A stretch of 64,000 nucleotides of DNA from a virus, in IMG/VR virus record IMGVR_UViG_3300036546_000248; one strand, 5' to 3'. Positions 37,181 to 47,031 of this stretch are shown here, piece after piece. The translations under genes and the position numbers were made by a program. Position 1 is the stretch's first letter. Every line of letters starts with the position of its first letter. The notes under the pieces are model-generated. The model had not been told where the DNA came from and made no database searches. It saw only the letters and a program-made list of their open reading frames with translations.

Positions 37181-39178
37181 TTAGCGACCCCAAACACCGC
37201 TGAACGCCTGGTTCCCGAAACGGGTACCGTAGTTCGGCTGGATCGCGCCCGAGGACATCCAGTTACCCAGGTTCGGGTTGACCAGCTGGCCTTGGAAGGT
37301 GTAGCCACCGCGAGTTGCACCCTGATTGAACGAATCAACCATGTTGCCCGGACGTACGGACAGACCGGCTTCTTCGATCGAATCGCTCAGAGCCTTGATG
37401 AACTGCTCGGAGAAGGTCACGCGACGCGCGAAGCCCTTGACCACGACGCTGCCGGAGAGCAGGCGATCGATGATGGTCTTGCGCTCGTGCAGACGCACAG
37501 CCAGCGGGATGTTGCGATCGAGGTGAGTACGCTCCCACTTCTCCACCAGAGTCGGATCGTCCTTGCCAGCCAGGTTCAGGATGGCGAGGTAGTCCAGCTC
37601 ACGCAGATCACGCAGGTGACCGTCGCTGTTGGTGTAGTAGCCCAGGTGGATGCGGTCAGCATCGTCGAAGCACACCGGCGCATCGAACGGGAAGTGCTTC
37701 TCGAAGCGACCCAGGGTCAGGCGGTTGGCCGCCATCAGGATGCTCTTACGCGCGTCTTCGTTCTTGTTCGCCGCAGCGATGAAGGTCTGCTGCAGCCAGC
37801 TCAGTTCACCAGCTTCTTCGATGTCCAGCGTGTACAGTAGCTGCTGGTTGAAGAACATGCTCATCATCTGAGCAAACTGCTGGTCACCGAAGTTGGTGGC
37901 CGAAGTGTCGATCTTGTTGCCCGGTTGACCAGGGTTGGCCGGGTCCTTGATCTCGTAGCCGATGGCGCCGATATCGCGGAGGTTGATGCCCTTGCGAGCG
38001 TTGGCACCTTCCGAGTACGCCTTGAGCGGACGACGGAAAGCGTTCCACCAGTTGCCACCACGACCCAGCTGTACTGCAGTCGACAGCGCCAGGAGTTGGA
38101 GTTCCATGGACACGACATCGGTCAGTGATTCGACGGAGGTCAGTACGAGGCGAGGCTGGTACATCACACCCGGCATCATCTGCTGCGGCTGCATCATCGG
38201 GAACATGCCGAATTGCTGCTGAGCAGGTTGTTGCGGGTTGTACATCAGATCGACGTAGCCGGTCACACGGGTCAGTTCACGCGGAGGACGCATGTCCAGA
38301 CCTTGGGTGTCGGCGTTGTTGCTGGCGCTGACGGTCAGCTCGATGTCTTCGCGAACCGGCAGGCCCACGATGTTGGTACCATGAACCGAACCGTACTCGG
38401 AGCGAGCGGTCAGGATGTCCTTCTCGCCGAACTCGGCCAGGGTGAAGGGCGGAGCCTCGGCACCCAGCTTCAGATCCAGCACAGCCCAGACGGCCTGAAC
38501 GCTGTTGTGCAGCCAGTCTTGGAAACGCTCGACCGGAATTTCCTTGTCGATCTCGGTCGGGATCACGGTGCAACCGGCATCATGCACTTGGGCATTCACG
38601 CCGAAGGTGTCGATCACGAACTTCTTCACGGTGTCCCAGTGGGACTTGTGGTTGTAGATGTCGCTCGGTGCGAAGATCGTTTCGATGGTGTGGCCATCGA
38701 TGGTGGTGATGTTCGGCTGCAGCGGACGGCCAGAACCTTCGATCATCAGGTCGTAGACGCCGATGTGGGTTTGACCCTGATGAACTTCCTTCATGCACAC
38801 GAGGATGCTGGAGTAGTTCACTTGCAGCTGGTTGCTGTCCAGCACCAGGAAGCGGAAGGCTTCGAGGGTCTTGGTGTCCATGACACGCTTGGCGCGTTCC
38901 AGGAGACCGTCGTGGATCTTCTGAACGGTTTCACCGCTCATGTTACGGCTGACGAGGCCGCGGTGCTGGCTGTTCACGTTCATGATCGAACGGCCGGCCT
39001 GGCCCACACGGGCGGAGGTATTGGTGTTCATGGTGGTCCCTCCCGATTCCGGGATCTGCTGCTGTTGGGGTTGGGGAGCAGGTTGAGCCTGCTGGGTTTC
39101 GTTAGCGCCCAGGCCAGCTTGACGCATGGCATCGGCCAGGCTGCCGTTGGATTTCCCGCTATCGCGATTGACACTCAT
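37181..39178 (-). CDS. chmA: Chimallin, major phage nuclear shell protein
   Basis: Start reassigned to ATG 39178 (GAAGGA RBS), 665 aa. GYVDL, LRDIGAIGYE and HLGYY...LRDLRELDYL motifs, very strong codon bias, early promoter, and position upstream of the gp55-like gene. Confidence 0.85.
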   Translation of the reverse strand: MSVNRDSGKSNGSLADAMRQAGLGANETQQAQPAPQPQQQQIPESGGTTMNTNTSARVGQAGRSIMNVNSQHRGLVSRNMSGETVQKIHDGLLERAKRVMDTKTLEAFRFLVLDSNQLQVNYSSILVCMKEVHQGQTHIGVYDLMIEGSGRPLQPNITTIDGHTIETIFAPSDIYNHKSHWDTVKKFVIDTFGVNAQVHDAGCTVIPTEIDKEIPVERFQDWLHNSVQAVWAVLDLKLGAEAPPFTLAEFGEKDILTARSEYGSVHGTNIVGLPVREDIELTVSASNNADTQGLDMRPPRELTRVTGYVDLMYNPQQPAQQQFGMFPMMQPQQMMPGVMYQPRLVLTSVESLTDVVSMELQLLALSTAVQLGRGGNWWNAFRRPLKAYSEGANARKGINLRDIGAIGYEIKDPANPGQPGNKIDTSATNFGDQQFAQMMSMFFNQQLLYTLDIEEAGELSWLQQTFIAAANKNEDARKSILMAANRLTLGRFEKHFPFDAPVCFDDADRIHLGYYTNSDGHLRDLRELDYLAILNLAGKDDPTLVEKWERTHLDRNIPLAVRLHERKTIIDRLLSGSVVVKGFARRVTFSEQFIKALSDSIEEAGLSVRPGNMVDSFNQGATRGGYTFQGQLVNPNLGNWMSSGAIQPNYGTRFGNQAFSGVWGR

Positions 39179-39240
39179 CAGTTTATTTCCTTCAGGTTTG
39201 TTTGCGCAAACAACCCACACATCGGTGAGTATTCCAATGG

Positions 39241-39248
39241 GTAATATA
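39241..39248 (-). promoter_or_regulatory. phiKZ-type early promoter for chmA (TATATTAC)
   Basis: Exact motif 63 nt upstream of ATG 39178. Confidence 0.8.
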
Positions 39249-39387
39249 TACCCGATTTCTTTTCGAATACGATTCAGGTGACCGATAGCGATCATGCATC
39301 CTAAATCCCTTGGCGGAAAACCCACCAAGTTGTATTCGTCTATACCATAGGTGAGAATGTAATTAAATATCTAATCCACATTCTTCC

Positions 39388-39693
39388 TCAAAGCTCAACA
39401 CGACGATTCTCAGCCGTAACCCAATGACAGTAGCCCTCTTTGCGGGCTGCTTTCTTAGCTTCACATTCGGCACCCAGTTCAGAGATCTCTTTACTGTAGT
39501 ACTCGAAGTCAAACGGGTTACCATAGGGAACGCCTCCACTATCTAGGTGGCGAACCTTGAGTCGTACATACTGCCGCTCTTTCACATACCCTTTGCTATG
39601 GGTGTTTTTATTTACCAGGCCGGTAGGGTTACCAAAGCGCTTAACAGCAAGGGACAGAGCACGTTCCAGATCCTGCATCGCTTGAGATGTCAT
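39388..39693 (-). CDS. Hypothetical protein
   Basis: 101 aa, AAGGA RBS, CATACTAT promoter-like motif at 39738-39745. Confidence 0.65.
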   Translation of the reverse strand: MTSQAMQDLERALSLAVKRFGNPTGLVNKNTHSKGYVKERQYVRLKVRHLDSGGVPYGNPFDFEYYSKEISELGAECEAKKAARKEGYCHWVTAENRRVEL

Positions 39694-39785
39694 GATTCTT
39701 CCTTATAGAGAAGTGTTAGCGGTACCAATTCACGTGGATAGTATGTAGGCCAAATTCTTTTAAATCGCATTTTTCTGGGGGCTTT

Positions 39786-40877
39786 ATGTATTCCCTATTC
39801 AGCAAGGGGGAGTGGGGTAACCGGGGTGGTGCTCCTACCTACCTCAACTATCGCTACTCCTTAAAGGGTTTGCGGAGCAACCTGGAGCGCGTGGTTCACT
39901 ATAACCGAATCTACCCACGGGCTGTCAAACCTAATCATTTCCTCGTACGTCTCATTCACTCCTTAAATGTACCCATGACCATGGACCCCCAACGCATGGT
40001 GGACGTGGTCTCTGAACGGACAGAAGGTGTGGGGATGGCGATGAACATCACCTCACCATTGAACAAAGGGCGGATCTTCCACCCAGGGGTTCTTTACGGC
40101 GAAGGGTCTCAGGAAATCCTGATTGCCGACTCTGCGTACTTTGATGTCAGGGAACACCAAGATTCGTGGGAAGAACTGCGGCCCCTTGAGTTCCTGTACC
40201 ACCCCAAAACAGATTTGGGTATGGATCTGCCTTGGGGTCTTCAGAACAACGAAGAGTCAGGGCTATCGGTGATTCGCATCAACGTACCCATGTTGGCGTT
40301 TCAATACCAGCAATGGCGTCAACGGGAATGGTCGTTCAATCCTGAGAATCAACGCACCGTGATGCAGTTCATTGCCTCCTACCCACTGAACAATCTACTG
40401 TACTCCCAAGTGGATTGGGCGATCCTGAACCGCATCATACACACCTATCGGGGTTTGCCTTGCGCAGACAGTCAGGTGCGTAAACCATTTCAGTTAACCG
40501 ATTACACCGATCGACTACAGGTAGCCATCGATCAGATGGTCCATGACTATCGGACTCGTGCCTTTACCATGGAGCAGTTGTTGGACAGTATCCAGCTGCT
40601 GGGCGCCCCGACTGCGTTGGAACGCGTGGCGCTACCTAAACTGTTGGCTACCCGGCAAGTGAAATGGGCGCTGATGATGGCTCGAGAACCCTTGGTGCGT
40701 TTTCTGGTGGATTGGAACAATGAAACCGGCAACAAGAAAAATCGAGCACAACTGATCAAGGTTCGACAAGAACTGATCAGGTTTCACAACGACAATGTCC
40801 TTCGAGGTTCTGTACCTAAAAAGGCAGTGCCCTATTGGGAACAACGTTTCAAAGAACTGATCGACTTGACGTCATAG
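39786..40877 (+). CDS. Conserved core protein (phiKZ gp52-like)
   Basis: 363 aa on the opposite strand between chmA and the polymerase, as in phiKZ-like phages. Confidence 0.7.
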   Translation: MYSLFSKGEWGNRGGAPTYLNYRYSLKGLRSNLERVVHYNRIYPRAVKPNHFLVRLIHSLNVPMTMDPQRMVDVVSERTEGVGMAMNITSPLNKGRIFHPGVLYGEGSQEILIADSAYFDVREHQDSWEELRPLEFLYHPKTDLGMDLPWGLQNNEESGLSVIRINVPMLAFQYQQWRQREWSFNPENQRTVMQFIASYPLNNLLYSQVDWAILNRIIHTYRGLPCADSQVRKPFQLTDYTDRLQVAIDQMVHDYRTRAFTMEQLLDSIQLLGAPTALERVALPKLLATRQVKWALMMAREPLVRFLVDWNNETGNKKNRAQLIKVRQELIRFHNDNVLRGSVPKKAVPYWEQRFKELIDLTS

Positions 40878-40879
40878 GT

Positions 40880-40917
40880 GGCTAGGGAGGGGCGACCCTC
40901 CCTAGCTTTTATGTCGC
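40880..40917. terminator. Bidirectional terminator
   Basis: GCTAGGGAGGG-GCGA-CCCTCCCTAGC then TTTTATGTCG. Confidence 0.8.
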
Positions 40918-43080
40918 CGTTTCCCACTCTTGAACGAAATCACTCACCAGCTTGGTGTTGTTTCCATTCACCAAGAAGATCCCAAGGGCTTCAAGGATGA
41001 GGTAGAACGGCCGAACGGTTGAGTAGACAAGTTTACGGATGTTCATTGCTTGCACCACTTCTTTAGGCAATCCTCGACGCTCCACATTGTCCTTGGGGAG
41101 GAGTAGTGTAGTCATTCCAGGTTTGTTGGCGAAGTGCTTGGCAATTTTAGCAGCAACCTCCGGGTTTTCAATAGAAGCGATCCATTCCTGAATGGCTGTC
41201 TTGTTGGAAAGATCTAGCGATACCTTAATGGCTGGGTAGGGTAGCTCAGGAGCGTCCCCATAGTGCGGGGCAAAGATATCCTGCCAATACACGTAATGTT
41301 GATACGGGGACTGGCTCGGGTTGGTGTAGGAGTTGGCCGTCTTAACCGATGAACGGGCCAAGTATTCAGACTTACCTTTAACCACAGAGTCGATAATACC
41401 GAGTTCGATATTGGCAATTTTGCGGTAAAGGTCAATCATCGAGATTTGTTGGTCTGCGATGACCGTGTCCATGATCTCCTTGATGGTCTCCGTCACCACC
41501 GCCATAATCTGTGGCGGACAGTTCGAGTCCTTCAGGTAAACCCCTTTGATCTCCTCCTCGAGGTGTTTGAAGACGTTGCCTTCTCGTGCTGCCTTGTAGG
41601 CGAAGTAGTGTTTAGCCATAGAAGTCAGACCGAACACCGAGAATGCAAACTCATTCTTCATGGCCAGAACGTTCAGCTTTTCGGGAATAACACCCAAGAT
41701 GGTCGACAGTTTAGCCAAGACATGGATAATTGACTGAGATGCCAAGTACACCATGGTGTAGTTGATGCTAAAGGCTTCTTCGCTGAAGTCCACCTTGCCC
41801 AAGTACCACTCCACCCAGTTCTCTACCGCAAAGATCGTGGAGTCCGTATCAGAGGTGATTGCCACATGACGCATGGAGTTACGAATCCGTGCGACGGATG
41901 CAGGGACGTTGTCCGTTACCCAAAACGCCTCGATCAACAACGCGTATTGCTCAAGGGTTTCGATAACCTTCTTCGCAAATTCACCCATGACGCAGATGCC
42001 ATGAATGTCGTTAGCATTCCCTTGTTCAGCCGACTCCTGTAGTTTCTTCAGGGTGCGTCCGTCCAACTCTTTGGCACAGATCAAACTGACGTAGGCTTTA
42101 AGGTCATTGTCCATCCCCTTCACATAAACCTTGGCATCTGTGTATGACAGGGTGGTGCCGGTAGGTTTGCTGGACATGATTTGGAGGAAGGTGTGTACGA
42201 AGGTTGGGTTGTACTTTGCCAGATGCCACATGTCGCCTACGTAAACAAAGGCTGCACGTTCTAAGGGTTGGAGACCCTCTACCAACTTACGGACTTCCAA
42301 CTCCTGCTTATTGTTACGCCAGTAATGGCGGGTACTGTAGAGGATGACATCCATAACCTGATCGACACTGGGGATTGTCAACCCGTAGGTCTCTACTGCT
42401 TTGCCCACCAGGTTGTAGTCGACATGACCGATGATGGAGGTGATGTTAGCCAAGACCACATCAGGGGCCCAGTAGTGACGATTACCCGCCAAGAACTTCT
42501 CGTTGTTGGCATTACCGTAACTTGTAGCTACACGGCAGGTAGACGTCAAGCTGGAGTGGGCCGACTTATTGTAGAATATTGTTGAAGCCGAAGCTTGACC
42601 ACCAGAGATCGAGTTGTTGGCGATCTTGTACGTGGACTGTTCGTTCTCCTTAATGTCCGCCACCACCATATTACCCGCCATTTTAGCATCGAAGGCCTCG
42701 TCTTTAACCTTAGCGCGACCCTCAATGTTACCGGTAACGTAGATAGAGAGGAGCGACTCTCGGCGATTGGGGTTCTCGTATACGGTCATGGCAGGCGAGA
42801 ACAACAACCTACGGTCTTTGATGTTGTTAAGGTATTCGGTGTACGTTAGGACCTTTTGTTCACGGTCACCGTTTTTATTACGGGCCAGGTGCAGAACTTC
42901 TGGATCTTTGATCTCCAAACGACCGCCACGTGCCGTCACTTGGTTAACCCAGGCCTGACAAACCTCAAGAGGTTTACCGGTGCGCTTGGACAGATAAAGA
43001 GCCATGTCACTGCGATAGTTTCCCAGCACATCCAAGTCACGGTTGTAATGGCTGGCGGGCTTAATGAATGCATTGTTCAT
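40909..43080 (-). CDS. Split family-B DNA polymerase, C-terminal subunit (phiKZ gp50-like)
   Basis: Motif B QSTYKIANNSISG, motif C SDTDS, AKHY and EIKGV. It lacks the exonuclease and motif A, which are in 4029-6080. Confidence 0.85.
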   Translation of the reverse strand: MNNAFIKPASHYNRDLDVLGNYRSDMALYLSKRTGKPLEVCQAWVNQVTARGGRLEIKDPEVLHLARNKNGDREQKVLTYTEYLNNIKDRRLLFSPAMTVYENPNRRESLLSIYVTGNIEGRAKVKDEAFDAKMAGNMVVADIKENEQSTYKIANNSISGGQASASTIFYNKSAHSSLTSTCRVATSYGNANNEKFLAGNRHYWAPDVVLANITSIIGHVDYNLVGKAVETYGLTIPSVDQVMDVILYSTRHYWRNNKQELEVRKLVEGLQPLERAAFVYVGDMWHLAKYNPTFVHTFLQIMSSKPTGTTLSYTDAKVYVKGMDNDLKAYVSLICAKELDGRTLKKLQESAEQGNANDIHGICVMGEFAKKVIETLEQYALLIEAFWVTDNVPASVARIRNSMRHVAITSDTDSTIFAVENWVEWYLGKVDFSEEAFSINYTMVYLASQSIIHVLAKLSTILGVIPEKLNVLAMKNEFAFSVFGLTSMAKHYFAYKAAREGNVFKHLEEEIKGVYLKDSNCPPQIMAVVTETIKEIMDTVIADQQISMIDLYRKIANIELGIIDSVVKGKSEYLARSSVKTANSYTNPSQSPYQHYVYWQDIFAPHYGDAPELPYPAIKVSLDLSNKTAIQEWIASIENPEVAAKIAKHFANKPGMTTLLLPKDNVERRGLPKEVVQAMNIRKLVYSTVRPFYLILEALGIFLVNGNNTKLVSDFVQEWETAT

Positions 43081-43174
43081 GACAGATACCTGTTTGAGAC
43101 CACTCTTATCAGATAGGTCAAACTAAGATTTATTTACAGCGGGCATACACCCGCCCGAAGGCGGGTACACACCT

Positions 43175-43762
43175 TTAGCGTTTAATCGCCCAAGTTTCAA
43201 ACAACTCGCCCACCTTTTTGTACTCTTCCGGAGTACGTTGAGAGGACTGACTCATGATGGTCTCGACGGTTGGAATCGGCAAGGGTGGAATTTCCATGTC
43301 CTTGTCTTTGAGCAACACCTCAAGATCAATTTTCACCCAGTCGTAGGGTTCGCCGTCAATGTTTTCAAAGACGTCCACCTCATACTGGTAGTCAGAACCT
43401 TCAATGGGGTAGCAGTAACGCTTCTTGCGCAGCGAATGGGGTGCCATCAACAGCATGAGTTCGAACATGTCTTGAGTGACAGGCTTCTCAGCTTCTTTCT
43501 TACCCAACTCGCCGGGGGTCTTGAACTTCAGACACAGTTCGTAGTCGCGGTCATTGACTGCCCGTACCCGAATTTGACCAAAGCCTTTCTCGCCCTTGTC
43601 CACATGGATCTCAGCCTGCTCCTGCTGCTCCTTGAGGAGTTCAGGATTGATCCAGTCAAAGTTCTCTACACGAGCAAAGAACGTGTACTCGATTTCTTGC
43701 TTGGCTTTACCTTCGCTTTCTGCGAGTTCCTCCAAGCTGATCATTAGTCGCCGTAGTCGCAC
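43175..43762 (-). CDS. CYTH/triphosphate-tunnel-like protein with an N-terminal SLE site
   Basis: QEIEY, QIRVR, LCLK, KKRY and YEVDVF...DLEV match the CYTH layout. GTG start with AAGGTGA RBS. Confidence 0.65.
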   Translation of the reverse strand: MRLRRLMISLEELAESEGKAKQEIEYTFFARVENFDWINPELLKEQQEQAEIHVDKGEKGFGQIRVRAVNDRDYELCLKFKTPGELGKKEAEKPVTQDMFELMLLMAPHSLRKKRYCYPIEGSDYQYEVDVFENIDGEPYDWVKIDLEVLLKDKDMEIPPLPIPTVETIMSQSSQRTPEEYKKVGELFETWAIKR

Positions 43763-43849
43763 AGGATCACCTTTTGAAAAAACGGAAAAAATAAAAGGCG
43801 GTGCACCCAAGCCGAAGCTTGAGCGCGACCACCCATCAGTCGAACGTCA

Positions 43850-44269
43850 TTAGATAGCGGACGACTGTTTCACGATTTCTACTTGGTTAAATCCGTTAGC
43901 AGCCAAAGCCTCGAGGATCTTTTCAGCCTCGCCTGGATTGACATTGCCTACACGAACCATGACGTTGGTGTAGTCCAGCACTTGTACAGACGAGGCCTTG
44001 ATCCAAGGCAAACCCAGAATGGATTGTTGTCCGTTACTGTGTTTGACTCGGACGTAGAGGTACTCATCGTACGCATCTACCGAGCCTGGTGGCAGTGTGG
44101 GATAGACGTTGGCATGCATGGCCGGTGCATCCAGACCCAACATACGTGCGGTGTCGGCATCAACGATACCCATCACCTTAACGTTTTTGAAGTTGTTACC
44201 CAGGATCAGACTGGGGTAGACTTCAAAAGAGACTTGCTTTGAGAGTGGGAATTGGTCTTGCGTGGCCAT
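43850..44269 (-). CDS. Conserved hypothetical protein
   Basis: 139 aa, GGAG RBS, HANVYPTLP...LGLPWI. Confidence 0.7.
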   Translation of the reverse strand: MATQDQFPLSKQVSFEVYPSLILGNNFKNVKVMGIVDADTARMLGLDAPAMHANVYPTLPPGSVDAYDEYLYVRVKHSNGQQSILGLPWIKASSVQVLDYTNVMVRVGNVNPGEAEKILEALAANGFNQVEIVKQSSAI

Positions 44270-44627
44270 TGTGTTTGGACTCCAGTTCGAGAAGGATCAA
44301 ACCCTCATCGTTAAGAAAAGTGATGTCGCGAATCTTACCTTGCTTAAGCAAGGGTTTAAGTAGCGGATCTTCGGCCAACTGTTGGACATGGTGAATTACT
44401 TTATCCAACAGTTGACTATCGAATTGTTCGATCTCCCCCGACAGGCTCGGTTCGTCGTAGGGATCAATGGCTTCGTAGATCGATTGGACGATGTAGGCCA
44501 ACAGATGCTTAACCGCCTGACTCAACCCTGGGATGTCATTAAGCGCATCTTGGTTCAGGTGTCGACTCACTAGCTGAAGGGCTTCTTCAATATCCTCAGA
44601 GGTGGTTGAGACGTTTATGAGCTTCAT
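44223..44627 (-). CDS. Acidic hypothetical protein
   Basis: 134 aa in an overlapping operon. Confidence 0.65.
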   Translation of the reverse strand: MKLINVSTTSEDIEEALQLVSRHLNQDALNDIPGLSQAVKHLLAYIVQSIYEAIDPYDEPSLSGEIEQFDSQLLDKVIHHVQQLAEDPLLKPLLKQGKIRDITFLNDEGLILLELESKHNGHARPIPTLKASLF

Positions 44628-45012
44628 AATGCAGATTAACCTCGAGTTTAGAAGTAATCAGCAATTTAGGTTTTAACACCAACAGTTCCCCGACGAAACG
44701 ATCGAGTTGGAAAAGGCTCTCGCCTTGGGGTGTGTAGACCTGCATGGCCGACAGACGATGTTGTAAGGTATTGGCAAGAACGGAGATAGCCGTTGAAAGG
44801 ATCATCCCGTCGTTATTGGGGTGTTGGGTAGAATGTCCATACACCTGATAGGAGAACACGTAACCATTTACCGCCATAGGATCATAGCGGCGTAACATGA
44901 TGTCGGTCAAACTGACTACGATCTCAGCAATGTCGTAGTCCATGTTAGTCATGGCTCGTGTGGCGCCTGTGAAATCCGATACTGCATCGCGCAAGTCAAT
45001 GACTAAATTCAT
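44596..45012 (-). CDS. Hypothetical protein
   Basis: 138 aa from ATG 45012 (GGAG RBS). Confidence 0.65.
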   Translation of the reverse strand: MNLVIDLRDAVSDFTGATRAMTNMDYDIAEIVVSLTDIMLRRYDPMAVNGYVFSYQVYGHSTQHPNNDGMILSTAISVLANTLQHRLSAMQVYTPQGESLFQLDRFVGELLVLKPKLLITSKLEVNLHYEAHKRLNHL

Positions 45013-45050
45013 TCTATAAAATCTCCGGCATACTAGAGGGCCTAAGCCCT

Positions 45051-45506
45051 CTAGGATCTGCGGCAGACTTTGACTAGCATATTCTGACCTCGCCAACCGA
45101 CCACACTGCGATACAGCATCGGGTGGTTTGCGATTTTGTAAACCTCCATGAAGTTCACGAGTTCATAATACACTTCTAAAGCCAACGCAGTAAGTTGATG
45201 GTGGACGACGGCGTCGTTCACGTCTTCATAACAATTCGTTGGATTCACGTGTTGTATTTTTTGCTCGAACTCAGCCAGAATGGTGGTGGATCTCGGGGGA
45301 GTACTGGGGAGGGGGAAGGGACTTGAGAAGTCCAAGTAGTATGCAGGGTGACTGCAGTAACTACGTTGGTCGGCTATCTCAACTTTATCCATGACCGTAA
45401 CCGATGTTTCCATGAAGTCCTTGAGAGACATCTTATTTTGCTCAAGGTGTGGCTCCACGTGTTCGTACATCGCTATCAGGTGACTCAAGGGGATCGATAG
45501 GATCAT
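45051..45506 (-). CDS. Hypothetical protein
   Basis: 151 aa in an overlapping operon. Confidence 0.6.
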   Translation of the reverse strand: MILSIPLSHLIAMYEHVEPHLEQNKMSLKDFMETSVTVMDKVEIADQRSYCSHPAYYLDFSSPFPLPSTPPRSTTILAEFEQKIQHVNPTNCYEDVNDAVVHHQLTALALEVYYELVNFMEVYKIANHPMLYRSVVGWRGQNMLVKVCRRS

Positions 45507-45852
45507 AGTGACATTCCACGACTAGCACAGCTTGGGTTTGTTTACTGACTCGAAGGTCACACTGACTCATGTGCTCTCCTAGGTAGTGGAACAGTACGTG
45601 CTCCAACGCATTCATGTAATCTAGGTACTGTTGGTGTAGGTGGGTCACCGTTTCCGAGTACGCCACCCCTTCATCACCTAAGACCCGATCAAAGAATAAG
45701 TCGGCTAACACTTGACCGTCGCCCCTATTACCTAAGAGTTTCACAGCCAAACAACACAAGCTTTGCGACGACTCATTTAAGTACGTCAAGAGTTTAAGGG
45801 AGGGAGGTGGTAGTTCGGAGTTCGGGATTGCCAACACCACCACCGGACTCAT
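45442..45852 (-). CDS. Hypothetical protein
   Basis: 136 aa, ATGA-coupled. Confidence 0.6.
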   Translation of the reverse strand: MSPVVVLAIPNSELPPPSLKLLTYLNESSQSLCCLAVKLLGNRGDGQVLADLFFDRVLGDEGVAYSETVTHLHQQYLDYMNALEHVLFHYLGEHMSQCDLRVSKQTQAVLVVECHYDPIDPLESPDSDVRTRGATP

Positions 45853-46349
45853 CGCATTGCTTCCAGAGCACGGCGCACGCGTTCGGGTACGTAGTCACCG
45901 TTGTCTTCTGCTTCTTCCAACCACTCCTGTGCTTGTTCCTCAATATTGAAGGTGACAGGCGCAGCTCGCTCACGAAGGATTTCCACTAAGGTATCTCCCC
46001 GTCGAATCAGACGAAAGTTACAGACGTACTCGCTGATGTCGTACTCGAAGCTGAGGTTGAAGATTTGGTTCATCTGGTCACGCACCGCATCGAAGATCTC
46101 TTCGAGTTGGGTCGTCTCCAGTCCGTAATCAGCGATTTGTTTCTTGATGACTTCACAACACGCCATCACATTACCGCTTATACGGTTCTCTACCAGTTGG
46201 TAGAGGATCGACTCCAGGTTCAGGTACTGAGCAGCGGCACCGAAGTGATCGCATAGCGCAGTCTCCATAAACCCCAAGACCCGAGAGGTCTCAACCACCA
46301 CCCGTCTAGGGTTTGATGGTGCTTCGGTATTTGTCCCAGAATAGTGCAC
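45849..46349 (-). CDS. Hypothetical protein
   Basis: 166 aa in an overlapping operon. Confidence 0.6.
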   Translation of the reverse strand: MHYSGTNTEAPSNPRRVVVETSRVLGFMETALCDHFGAAAQYLNLESILYQLVENRISGNVMACCEVIKKQIADYGLETTQLEEIFDAVRDQMNQIFNLSFEYDISEYVCNFRLIRRGDTLVEILRERAAPVTFNIEEQAQEWLEEAEDNGDYVPERVRRALEAMR

Positions 46350-46827
46350 GGTAATCTTCCCCGCGATTCAAAATGTAACTGTTACCCATCTGCTTGAGTG
46401 TGGCGTGATGCCAACTGGGTTCAATTGAGAAGGAGCTGGCAAGGTGGTCTTGGAGGAAACTGTCCAGAGGTTCGATCACCTCAAGCTCAATGATTTCACC
46501 CCATTTGAGCAAAGACGGGTTGGGATTTTTGGTTACGCCGACCACATTGGCAAAACCAGGAAAGATCCGTGCGATCAGACTCTCCATAACCTCGACTTCA
46601 AAGGATACTAACATATCCTTACGGTCCACCAGATTCAGCTCCTGCTCATCTTCATACCACAACATTAGATCACGCAAACGCATGATAAAGAGGTGCCGCA
46701 CCACGTGGGTACACACCGAGTTGCTAAAACGCAATTCTTCTTTCGGGATCATCCCTTCTTCGATGATGTCGTGAAGTCTTGCCTTTAGGAACTCAACCCA
46801 ATCACGGGTGGGGATAACGTATTTCAC
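46306..46827 (-). CDS. Hypothetical protein
   Basis: 173 aa, AAGGA RBS, GTG start, TATAACAT promoter-like motif at 46869-46876. Confidence 0.7.
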   Translation of the reverse strand: MKYVIPTRDWVEFLKARLHDIIEEGMIPKEELRFSNSVCTHVVRHLFIMRLRDLMLWYEDEQELNLVDRKDMLVSFEVEVMESLIARIFPGFANVVGVTKNPNPSLLKWGEIIELEVIEPLDSFLQDHLASSFSIEPSWHHATLKQMGNSYILNRGEDYRALFWDKYRSTIKP

Positions 46828-46998
46828 AGGTTAATCCTTTCTTTAAAGGGGTCGGCCACTTCACTAAGATGTTATAGGTTTGAAACTTCTTAGGATGCGT
46901 TACAAGGGGTTCTCTATAAAATACGTGGTCAGGTATTGTTTAACAGACGAAAACGTTATCTGGCGCTTCCTAGAGGGCTTATAAAGGATTTAAGGAAA

Positions 46999-47031
46999 AG
47001 GCGGCATAAAGGGAGGGGCGAACCCCTCCCT
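46999..47031 (-). terminator. Terminator hairpin followed by TTTATGCCG
   Basis: GGGAGGG-TTCGC-CCCTCCC-TTTATGCCGCC on the minus strand. Confidence 0.75.
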
